DNA of 20,000 nucleotides from Welwitschia mirabilis (lineage: Eukaryota), in assembly GCA_051453625.1 (NCBI GenBank), contig JBOZIK010000001.1:39334617-39354616 (forward strand), given 5' to 3'. Position numbers and translations under genes: made by a program. How positions within the stretch are numbered: the first letter of the stretch is position 1; each line of letters starts with the position of its first letter. Below, piece by piece: positions 8,880 to 20,000 of this stretch. The notes beneath the pieces are model-generated. The model was given only the letters and a program-made list of their open reading frames with translations. It ran no database searches and was not told where the DNA came from.

Positions 8880-11800
8880 ATAAGATAGATATCTTTTCAA
8901 TTTAGTTTGTTCTTTGGATAAGAAGTCTTGATTATTTAAAAACTAAGTCACACCATCATGTTGTGGAGTTATGATACTTAGCTAATCACTTATCATAGTA
9001 ACAGATATCTTACAAAAAGAAATTAAAAAGACTCAACCTTATTTTTTTCTTAGATAAGTAATGAATCCTTCATGCAGCTTTAAGAAGTTCTTTCTTATCA
9101 TTATTACTTAACCACATGAAATCATGAAGTAAGTATTCACTTTATTTTCAACTTAAAGTAGTAAGAACCCAATCAAAGCAATGACAGTTATGAATATCAA
9201 ACGAAATATTTTTGCACTAAGTATTTCCTACTCATGCTGAGCTTTTTAGCTTTTCATTTATCTACTTGGAAATCTAGTTTATTAATAGTAAATTCCTATA
9301 GTTGCTTATAAATCCCTTTAAAGGAAAAGTGAATTCCAAGAATTTGATCATTGCATTATCTTATATTATGTTTCATGATTTAGAAAGAAGTCATGTATAA
9401 CTTAAAAAAAACACTGAATACTCTTCCTAATTGATCTTCAAACTAAAGAGAGAATAAACATAAATCTTAGAGAGAAGCTTCTTAATTACAACTTAAACAT
9501 TATTAATAGGAAAAAGGAATCCATCTTTGAAGTGCATGTTGATACATTAATTTGGATTTTCACTAATAGGAATATCATGAATAATATTATGGTACTCGTC
9601 CTTTTGAATGGCATAGCATAAAAGGACTGCTACAATTATAAAAGGGTAATAAGCTAAAGAGCATCCTCTCCTTATAGATCTTTTAATAGGGAAGGTGAAA
9701 CTAACACCTCTTGCAATGGAAAAACAAGCACCTCTTGCAATGAAAAAACAAGCATTTGCATTTCTGAATAAACTATTTATCATGTGAATAAAGTTTCATA
9801 GAATTCTACCATAAATTTTGCATAATCAAATTTAGTGAAGACAATATTTTGATTACCATCCTTTATCCATGCTAAATCTTATCAAGAAGATACGACATTA
9901 TTGAGAATGTATCTAGCTTTGAAAACCACTCTACTATATAGAAATAATATCAAGTAGGAGAGCTTTCAACATGTTAGCTAAATGCTTAGCTAAAATTTAT
10001 AAGGGACATTAAGTAACGTAATTAATATTCAATTAGAAACGACGTCATATGATATTAGAAAAAGATGATTGATATCTTAATTAGGCTTCTCCTTGAATAC
10101 CTTAAAGTAGCCTTTTACAATAATATCCCAATGGATTTTATAAAATTCTAAAACAAACCAATCATTCCTAAAGCCTTACAAATAGTCATATTAAACGAAG
10201 ATACTTTTAACTCATGCTTTATGATATCTTTCCCCAAAATTTGATGATGCTCTTCTAAAACATCTTGTGGAATGAAGTTAGCATTTTAGTTAAAGAGATA
10301 TTGTTGAAAACCATTTACTTTAAATACCTAGGTAAAATTCATGATAAATTAACTAAGAATGACTTGAGTATTAGAGTATAAACTATTATTAGATTTAAGT
10401 TTGTCTAATTAAGAACATCTCTTAAGGCACTTAAAAATTTCTTTACGATTAACAGCATGAATATTAAGCTAAGAAATTTTTATTCTCATACTAGCATTTT
10501 TGACAAAGTATATTTATAGTAATTTTAAAAACTCTTAATTTTGAAAATGACTTACATAGATGAAGATTAAAAAGAGCTTGTTCTGTAATAACAAAGTGAC
10601 ATACATTGTTAAGTGTCTAAATATATGTCTCTTGCTTTTATAGCCATTTATCTACCAAAATTTCTAGACTAATTCTAGATATAAAACAGAACATATACAA
10701 TCCATCCAATATTACCACTTAGATAAGTCTTTACATTCCATAAAATATGCAAAGTAGTTATGCCTAATTTAGAATTATATGCATTTCCATGTAATCTAAA
10801 GGGAGAAGAATGATTTGACTTAGATAAATGCTTGAAGTTAATTTGTAACTGTTATAATGATTTGATAATAAGAAAGTATTACATACTTTAACCAAAACAT
10901 TTTGATATTGAAAAGAGATAAAAGGAAAATAGCCACTATTAAGCTATTAAAGAACATAATCATGTCCTTACAGAAAAATTGATTAAAGATAAAAAGAACT
11001 TTTCAGAAAAAGTCTAACATTACTAAAGACAATTAATAAGACAAAACTACCCTTTAAGAGAAATGCAAAAACGTTTTTTAAAGGAATCTCTCCAAAAAAA
11101 GAATCCTCTAATCTTATCAAATAAATTATCTATCATATTAACGTCTCCACATAGGATCCAAGGAACATTCAAAAGAAACTAGGCAAACTCTAGTAGAATG
11201 TGGCTAGTTAGAAGTATCATTTGAAGCATAAATAAAGCATATTCTAAAAAATTCATGAGGGGAAGAAAGAAGAATTTAATTACATCTGCATAAAAAATCA
11301 TAACTACTTTGAACTACTTTAAAGTGTTGACATGAGTGAAGAGTGATAGAAGAATCACCTTGACTAATCTAATGTGTTGTGGTAAATGTAATATTATTTT
11401 TACTAAATAGCTTTCTAACAAAAGTTATTTCTTTTTGAAATATTTTAAAATCTTGTAAAAATGTAAAACAAGGATATAAGAGATGCTACTAAACGAAATC
11501 CCTAGTTCCCCTTCTTTAAAGGCTATATAGTCCTTGGACGTTAGAAGAATATTTAATCATAGGCACATGAGGAAAGAGGTTTTTGCTTCATCAAATAAAT
11601 CAACCATTAGTTTTTAGTTAAGCTCCATGTAATTATTATAATTTTCTTCTAAACACTAAAATTGATTAGAGGCATCAATGTTGCCCTCTGTTACTTTTAT
11701 AATAAAAGAAGTGCTTCCATTAAAAAACTTAGTTTTCTTTGAAGGTCTTCAAATGGAACTATTTATGTGATTCCACTCTTTTGAAGTCTTCTACACNNNN

Positions 11801-12730
11801 NNNNNNATTTTTAAAAGCATCATTTGAAACAAGAGCATATGCATGTTGGAGGACTAGAGACTTCATGAAAAATGAAGCATTAACTTTTAATATTTTACTA
11901 GATGAATAACATTGAATATTTTGAGGTTGCATGTTTTTGATTGTCCAATAAAATATTTTAACCAAAAATGAATTCTAAAATAGAAGAAATTTAATCCTTA
12001 TTCTTATTTAGTTCATTAGTAGATTTCTTCTATTGCAAGAGAGGACCATGATTAAATAAGTAACCTTCTCTATGATAATAGTTGTAAGAACTCTAAAGAT
12101 TAAAGTAAATAACCTATTATTGATGGGTAGCAAGGCTAGGTTTAAGGGAGAAAACTTTCTCTCTATTATGAAAATCTATATTGATGAAGTACCTTGATCT
12201 AGTTCTGAGCAAGGAATGAAAGTTTTAAATGTTAATAATTGATTTAAGGATCTTAGGCTCGAATTTCTTAACAATAAGAGGCAAATATAATAACTTCACA
12301 AAACAAAGCGCATGTTAGTGTATCAAAGCATTAACATATAAGATTCGTTTCCATTATTAAACTATTAAAATAACATCATGATGAACCAAAACAAAGGGAA
12401 AAAAGGAAATAGCTTTCTCTATGATAGAGGTTTCAAAGAACTTAAGCTAGAGAATATTCCAAGCAAAATATTTTGCATGCAACACTATAGTATCATAATG
12501 CGATAAAACCAAATTAATCCATTTCAAGAAAAATGTCGATATCAAAAGATAATCTAATATTTATAAGAAAATATACCATGAAAATAAATCAGTAGCATGT
12601 TAAATAAATCATTAACATAAAATCAAAATCTGTACCTGCCATTCTGCCTTTGGAATTATGGTGAGGCACCTTGAGAGCCATATTTAATAGTGTATTTAAA
12701 TCCTTCAAATAGAAGGTGAGATTATTGTAA
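8880..12730 (-). mobile_element. Degenerate L1-like LINE, terminal and most complete copy: ORF1 remnant plus ORF2 (APE endonuclease, RT, post-RT region)
   Basis: APE motifs: NIL..NVQGL (~11530-11555), VPWILCGDVNMIDNLFDKI (~11115-11170), LSNHY (SDH-like, ~10855-10870). RT motifs: KALG..EFYKIHWDII, ITLLNVPYKILAK.LANMLK.LL.DIIS..SGF, YILNNV, KFDYAK..GRI, SIRRGCSLAYYPFIIVA (ORF 9547-9783), HFKDG at the FADD position, LKIN*E, IKFL. Post-RT: HDFMW..KAA*..LSKKK..L.L.N (~9020-9125). Confidence 0.88.
9705..9752. repeat. In-frame 24-bp tandem duplication within the LINE RT
   Basis: cacctcttgcaatggaaaaacaag followed by cacctcttgcaatgaaaaaacaag, translating as ACFFIARG/ACFSIARG. Confidence 0.95.
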
Positions 12731-12897
12731 AGTTTAGAACACTTAAGTGATTGTAATCATAAAAAATCCTCTCTAAGTTGCATCATTAAATCTTTTCAAT
12801 TACCTAAAAAAAGGGGGGAAAACAAGAAGTAACTCCTTGATTCGTGTCATCAAATCTTTGCAATTATAAAAACTCTCTCTAGTTTATATCATTAAAT
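9793..12897 (-). repeat. Array unit A1
   Basis: Complete unit, contiguous with the downstream RT at <9793. A-type markers: ttagagtataaact and aacaaagtgacatac. Confidence 0.9.
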
Positions 12898-13891
12898 GTT
12901 TTATACAATTCTACCATAAGTTTTGCATAATCAAGTTTAGTAAAGGCAATATTTTGATTACCATCCTTTGTCCATGCTAAATCGTATCAAAAAGATAAAC
13001 ATTATTAAGCATGTATCTAGCTTTAAGAATCACTCTACTAAATAGAAATAATATCAAGTATAAAAGTCTTTAACATGTTAGCCAAACACTTAGCTAAAAT
13101 TTATAAGGAACATTAAGTAATGTAATCAATATTCAATTAGAAATGGCACCATTTGAGATTAGCAAAAGATGATTAATACCTTAATTATGCTTCTTCTTGA
13201 ACTGCCTTAAAGTAGTGTTTTACAATAATATCCTAAAGGATTTTATAAAACTCAATAAAAATTAATCATTCCTAAAGCCTTACAATTAGTCGTATTAAAT
13301 CAAGACACTTTTAACTTATGCCATATGATATCTTTCTTCAAGATTTAATAATGGTCTTCTAAAACTTCTTGTGAAATGTAGTTAGGATTTTAGTCAAAGA
13401 GATATTGATCAAAACCATCTAATTTAAATAGTTTTGTAAAATTCATGATAAATTAACTGAGAATGACTTGAGGATTAAACAATCATTACATTTAAGTTTG
13501 TCTAATTAAGGAGAAGTAGAACTTTTCTTATTACACTTAATTTTTTTTTCGATTAAAACCATAAATATTAAGCTAAGAAATTTTGCTTTCATAGTGTCAC
13601 TTTTAATAAAGTAGATTTCTAGGAATTTAAAAAACTCTAAATTTTTGAAAACTATTTATGAAGATTAAGATTAAAAATATCTTATTCTATAATAACAAAA
13701 ATCAATGACGTACATTGTCAAGTGTTTAAATATAGTTCTCTTGCTTTTATAGCCATTTGTTAAGTAACATTTCTAGAATGATTTTAGATATAAAATACAA
13801 CATAGATCCATTATGCAATCCATCCAATATTGCTAGTTAGATAACTCTTTGCGTTCCATAAAATATAAAAAGTAGTTTTTCCTAATTCATA
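12898..13891 (-). repeat. Array unit B1 (truncated by assembly gap)
   Basis: B-type markers: aggattaaac.atcattacatt, aacaaaaatcaat.ac.tac and agatccattatg.aatcc. Confidence 0.9.
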
Positions 13892-13991
13892 NNNNNNNNN
13901 NNNNNNNNNNNNNNNNNNNNNNNNNNNNNNNNNNNNNNNNNNNNNNNNNNNNNNNNNNNNNNNNNNNNNNNNNNNNNNNNNNNNNNNNNNN
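13892..13991. other. Assembly gap (100 N)
   Basis: Run of 100 N. Two further 10-N gaps lie at 4845-4854 and 11797-11806. Confidence 1.
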
Positions 13992-16899
13992 ATATCAAGT
14001 AGGAGATTCTTCAACATGTTAGCTAATATCTTAGCTAAAATTTATTAGGGACATTAAGTAGAGTAATTAATATTCAATTAGAAATGGCATCATATGATAT
14101 TAGCAAAAGATGATTGATATCTTAATTACGCTTCTTCTTGAATACCTTAAAGTATTCTTTTACAATAATATCCTAATGGATTTTATAAAATTCTAAAAAA
14201 AAAAATCATTCCTAAAGCCTTAGAATTAGTCATATTAAACCAAGATGCTTTTAACTCATGCTTTATGGTATCTTTCTCCAAAATTTGATGATGGTCTTCT
14301 AAAACATCTTGTGAAATGAAGTTAGCATTTTAGTTAAAGAGATATTGATGAAAACCATTTACTTTAAATATTTGTGTAAAATTCATGATAAATTAACTAA
14401 GAATGACTTAAGGATTAGAGTATAAACTGTCATTAGATTTAAGTTTGTCTAATTAAGGAGAAGTAGAACCTCTCTTAAGGCACTTAAAAAATTCTTTATG
14501 ACTGACAACATTAATATTAAGCTAAGAAATTTTTATTTTCATAGTAGCACTTTTAATAAAGTATATTTATTGCAATTTAAAAAACTCTTAATTTTGAAAA
14601 TGACTTACATAGATGAAGATTAAAAAGAGCTTGTTCTGTAATACTAAAGTGAGATACATTGTTAAGTGTCTAGATATACTTCTCTTACTTTTATAGCCAT
14701 TTATCTACCAAAATTTCTAGAATGATTCTAGATATAAAACACAACATATAGAATCCATCCAATATTACCACTTAGAGAAGTCTTTACGTTTCATAAAATA
14801 TGCAAAGTAGTTATGCCTAATTTAGAATTATATGCATTTCCATGAAATCTAAAGGGAGAAGAATGATTTGTCTTAGATAAATGCTTGAAGTTAATTTGTA
14901 AATGTTATATAAGAAAGTATTACATACGCTAATAGAAACATTTTGATATTGAAAAGAGATAAAAGAAAAATAGTCACTATTAGGCCATTAAAGAACATGA
15001 TCATGTCCTTATAGAAAAATTGATTAAGGATAAAAAAAACTTTTCAGAAAAAGTCTAACATACTAAAGACAATTAATAAAATAAAACTATCCTTTAAGAG
15101 AAATGCAAAAACATTTTTTAAAGGAATCTCTCCAAAAAAAGAAGCTTCTAATCTTATCAAATAAATTATCTATCATATTAACATCTCCACATAGGATCCA
15201 AGGAACATTTAAAAGAAAGTAAGTAAACTCTACTAGAATGTGGCTAGCTAGAAGTATCATTTGAAGCATAAATAAAGCATATTATAAAAAATTCATGAGG
15301 GAAAGAAAGAAGAATTTAATTACATCTACATAAAAAATTGTAACCACTTCAAACTACTTTAAAGTATTGACATGAGTGAAGAATGATAGAAGAATCACCT
15401 TGACTAATCTAATGTATTGTGGTAAATGTAACATTATTTTTAATAAATAACTTTCTAACAAAAGTTATTTATTTTTTAAATATTTTAAAATATTGTAAAA
15501 ATGTAAAACAAGGAGATAAGAGATGCTACTAAATGAAATCCCTAGTTCCGCTTCTTTAAAGGCTATCTATGAGTCCTTGGACATTAGAAGAATATTTAAT
15601 CATAGACACATGAGGAAAGAGGTTTTTGCTCCATCAAATAAATCAACCATTAGTTTTTAGTTAAGCTCCTTGTAATTATTATAATTTTCTTCTAAACACT
15701 AAAACTAATTAGAGGTATCAATGTTGCCCTCTATTACTTTTATACTAAAAGAAGTGCTTCCATTAAAAAACTTAGTTTTCTTTGAAGGTCTCCAAATGGA
15801 GTTATCTATGTGATTCCACTCTTTTGAAGTCTTCTACACTTGATTTCTTATTATTTTTAAAAGCATCATTTGAAACAAGAGCATGTACATGTTGGGGGAC
15901 TAGAGACTTCATGAAAAATGAAGCATTAACTTTTTATCTTTTACTAAATGAATAACATTGGATATTTTAAGATTGCATGTTTTTCATTGTTCAATAAAAT
16001 ATTTTAACCAAAAATTAATTCTAAAGTAGAAGAAATTTAATCCTTATTCTTATTTAGTTCATTAATAGATTTCTTCTATTTCAAGAGAGGACCATGATTA
16101 AATAAGTAACCTTCTCTATGGTAATAGTTGTAAGAACTCTAAAGACTTAAAGTAAATAACCTATTGTTGATGGTAACAAGGCTAGGTTTAAGGGAGAAAA
16201 CTTTCACTCTATTTATCAAATCTATATTGATGAAGTACCTTGATCTAGTTCTAAGCGAGGAATGAAAGTTTTAAATGTTAGTAATTGATTCAAGGATCTT
16301 AGGCTCGAATTTCTTAACAATAAGAGGCAAATCTAATAACTTCACAAAACAAAGCGCATATTACTGTATCAAAGCATTAACATATAAGATTGGTTTTATT
16401 ACATTATGATACTATAGTGTTGCATGCAAAATATTTTGCGTGGAATTTTCTCTAGCTTGAGTTCTTTAAAACCTCTATCATAGAGAAAGCTATTTCCTCC
16501 ATTTCAAGAAAAATGTTGATATTAAAATATAATCTAATATTTATAAGAAAAAATACCATGAAAAGAAATCAGTAGCATGTTAAATAAATCATTAAAATAA
16601 AATCAAAATCTGTATCTGCCATTTTTCCTTTGGAATTAAGGTGAGGCACCTTGAGAGCCATATTTAATAGTGTATTTAAATTCTTCATATAGAAGGTGAG
16701 ATTATTGTAAAGTTTAAAACCCTTAAGTGATTGTAATCATAAAAAATCCTCTCTACATTGCATCATTAAATCTTTTTAATTACCTTAAAAAAAAGGAAAA
16801 AGAAAATAAAATAAGAGGGGGAAAAAAGAAGTAACTCCTTGATTTGCGTCATCAAATCTTTGCAATTACAAAAACTTTCTATAGTTTATAGCATTAAAA
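13992..16899 (-). repeat. Array unit A2 (first ~150 bp in the gap; carries a micro-inversion)
   Basis: Collinear with A1 from 9947. Contains ORF 15087-15269 (VPWILCGDVNMIDNLFDKI, APE endonuclease motif). Confidence 0.9.
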
Positions 16900-19800
16900 G
16901 TTTCATACAATTCTACCATAATTTTTGCATAATAAAGTTTAATAAAGGCAATATTTTTATTACCATCCTTTGTCCATGCTAAATTGTACCAAGAAGATAC
17001 ATATTATTAAGCATGTATCTAGCTTTAATAATCACTCTACTAAATAGAAATAATATCAAGCAAGAAAGTCTTTAACATGTTAGCTAAATACTTAGCTAAA
17101 ATTTATAAGGAACATTAAGTAATGTAATCAATATTCAATTAGAAATGGCATCATTAGAGATTAGCAAAAGATGATTAATACCTTGATTATGCTTCTTCTT
17201 GAACTGCCTTAAAGTAGTCTTTTACAATAATATCCCAATGGATTTTATAAAACTCATAAAAAATTAAGATGCTTTTAACTCATGCCATATGATGTCTTTC
17301 TTCAAAATTTAATGATGGTCTTTTAAAACTTCTTGTGAAATGTAGTTAGGATTTTAGTCAAAGAGGTATTGATAAATACCATCTAATTTAAATAGTTTTG
17401 TAAAATTCATGATAAATTAACTGAGAATGACTTAAGGATTAAACTATCATTACATTTAAGTTTGTCTAATTAAGAAGAAGTAGAACCTTTCTTAATACAC
17501 TTAAAAATTTTTTTATAATTAAAACTATGAATATTAAGCTAAGAAATTTTGCTTTTGATAGTATCACTTTTAATAAAGTAGATTTCTAGGAATCTAAAAA
17601 ACTCTAAATTTTTGAAAACTATTTATGAAGATGAAGATTAAAAAGTTCTTATTCTATAATAACAAAAATCAATAACATACATTGTCAAGTGTTTAAATAT
17701 AGTTCTCTTGCTTTTATACCCATTTGTCTACTAACATTTCTAGAATGATTTATAATATAAAACACAACATAGATCCATTATGTAATCCATCTAATATTGC
17801 TAGTTAAACAACTCTTTACATTCCATAAAATATAAACAGTAGTTTTTCCTAATTCATAATTATATTCATTTTCATGCAAGCTAAGGAGAGAATAATGATT
17901 TTTCTTAGACAACTCTTTGAAGTTAATCTATAAAAGTTATAATGATTTGATAATAAGAAAGCATTACATACTTTAATAGAAACATTTTAATACTAGAAAG
18001 AGATAGAAGAAAAATAACATCTGTTAAGGATTAAAGAATATGATCATGACTTAATAGAAAACTTGCTTAAGAATAAAACAAATTTTTGAGGAAAATACTA
18101 ACATTACTAAAGGCAATCACAAAGACAAAACTATTTTTTAAGAGAAGACCAAAATGCTTTTCGAAGGAGTCTATCCAAAAAAACTAAATAAATTATCTAT
18201 CATATTAAAATCTCCACATAGGATTTAAGAAAGATTTAAAAAAAAGCAAGTTAACGCTAGTATAGTGTGGATAGCTAGAAGCATCATTTGAAGCATAAAC
18301 AGAGCATATTCTAAAAAATCATAAGGGAAAAAAGAAGCATTTAGTTACGTCTTCTTAAAAAATCATAGCTAATTTGAACTACTTTAAAGTATTAACATGA
18401 GTGAAGAATGATTAAAGAATCACCTTAACTACTCTAATGCTTTGTGGTAAATTTAACATTATTTTCAATCAGTCACTCTCTGATAAACATCATTTCTTTT
18501 TTAGATAATTTAAAATCTTTAAAAATGTAGGAGACTAGAGATGTTACTGAATGAAATCCCTAGTTCCCATTCTCTAAAGACTATTTATGAGCCCTTATAC
18601 ATTATAAAAATATTTAATCATAGGAATGTAAGGGATGAGGCTTTTGCTCCATTAAATAAATCAACCACTATTTTTTACTAAGGTCCACATAATTCTCATA
18701 ATTTTCTTCTAAAAGCTAAAACTATTTAGAGGTATCAATGTTATCCTTTGTTGCTTTTATAATAAAAGGAGTGCTTCCGTTAAAAAAGTTAGTTTCTTTT
18801 GAAGGTCTCAAGATTACGTTCATTATGTGATTCCACTATTTTAAACTCTTCTACACTTCATTTCTTATTATTTTTAAAAGCATCATTTGAAACAAGAGCA
18901 TGTGCATCTTGGGGAATTAGAGACCTCATAAAAAATGAAACATTAACTTTTTATATTTTGCTAGATGAATAACAGTGGATTTTCTAAGGTTGAATGCTTT
19001 TCATTGCCTCATAATATATTTTGATAAAAAATGAATCCTAAAGTAGAAGAAATTTAAGCCTTATTCTTATGTAGTTCATTAGTAGATATCCTCCATTGTA
19101 AGAGGGGACCATGGTTAAATAACTAACCTTATCTATGGTAATAGTTGTAAGAACTCTAAAGAATAAAGTAAATGTTACTAGGTGACAAGACTAGGTTTAA
19201 GGGAGAAAACTTTCTCTTTATTATGCAAATCTATATCGACGAAGTACCTTGTTCTAGTTCTAAGCAAGCAATGAAAGTTTTAAATGTTAATAATTAATCC
19301 AAGGATCTTAACAATCTTAGGCTCAAATTTCTTAACAATAAGAAGCAAATCTAATAACTTCATAGAATAAAGCACATGTTAGTGTCTTAGAGCATTAACA
19401 TATAGGCTTGATTTCCATTATCAAACTATTAAAATAACATGGTAATGAACCCAAAAAAAAAAAAAAAAAGGGAAATAGCTTTCTCTATGATAAAGGTTTC
19501 AAAGAACTCAAGCTGGAAAAACTTCCAAGCAAAATATTCTACATGTAAGGCTATAGTATCATAATGCGATAAAACCAAATTAATCCATTCTAAGAAAAAT
19601 GTCGATATTAAGAGAAAACCTAATATTTATAACAAAATACATCATAAGACAAAATCGGTAGCATGTTACTCAAATAAATTATTAAGATAAAATAAAAATC
19701 TATTCTTTCCATTCTACCTTTCAAATTATATGATGGGACACATTGAGAGCCATATTTAATAGTGTATTTAAATCCTCCATATAGAATGTGAGATTATTAC

Positions 19801-19990
19801 AAAGTTTACAATCTTAAGTCATTGCATTCACAAAAATTTCTCTCTAACTTGCATCATCGAATCCTTGCAAGTACCCCAAAAAAGGGGCAAAAAAAAGAAA
19901 AGGAAAAGAAAAAATAAAGAAACAACTCCTTGATCTGCATCATCAAATCTTTACAATTACAAAAACTCTTTCTAGTTTGTATCATCAAAA
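16900..19990 (-). repeat. Array unit B2 (complete)
   Basis: Shares the B-type markers with B1 and has a private ~36-bp deletion near 17265. Confidence 0.9.
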
Positions 19991-20000
19991 GTTTCATACA

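Larger units (their letters stand above)
9793..20000 (-). repeat. Head-to-tail tandem array (macrosatellite) of a ~3.1-kb LINE 5' segment with A/B higher-order structure; continues past the right edge
   Basis: Unit start gttt(c/t)ata(c/g)aattctaccata at 9793, 12898 and 16900, with its first 10 nt at 19991. Periods are 3105 and 3091 bp. One further unit start is hidden in the N gap. Confidence 0.95.

Noticed and set aside
11759-14017. ORFs 11759-11965 and 13811-14017
   Set aside because: Both span N gaps, and the second joins two different array units. Neither is a real CDS.

Overview
This is an AT-rich, eukaryotic, plant-type window made almost entirely of decayed repeats, with no intact protein-coding gene. 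All motif calls come from manual translation; no database search was run. (1) 1-~4844, minus strand: 5' part of a degenerate Ty1/copia LTR retrotransposon with SIRE/Sirevirus hallmarks. It has a 5' LTR, a tRNA-iMet PBS, gag with two zinc knuckles, PR, INT and RT running off the left edge. (2) ~4975-5255: a degenerate ~50-bp tandem repeat. (3) ~5295-6242, minus strand: a gag-only remnant of a second, different copia element. (4) ~6620-7970, plus strand: a single-copy, CpG-retaining island that reads across stops and frameshifts like a decayed NLR/LRR gene (tentative). (5) ~8880-20000, minus strand: an L1-like LINE whose 5' ~3.1 kb (ORF1 remnant, APE endonuclease, first part of RT) has been amplified head-to-tail into a macrosatellite. 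The units alternate A-B-A-B, forming a ~6.2-kb higher-order repeat. Only the terminal copy continues into the rest of ORF2, and one copy carries a private 109-bp micro-inversion. There are three N gaps.
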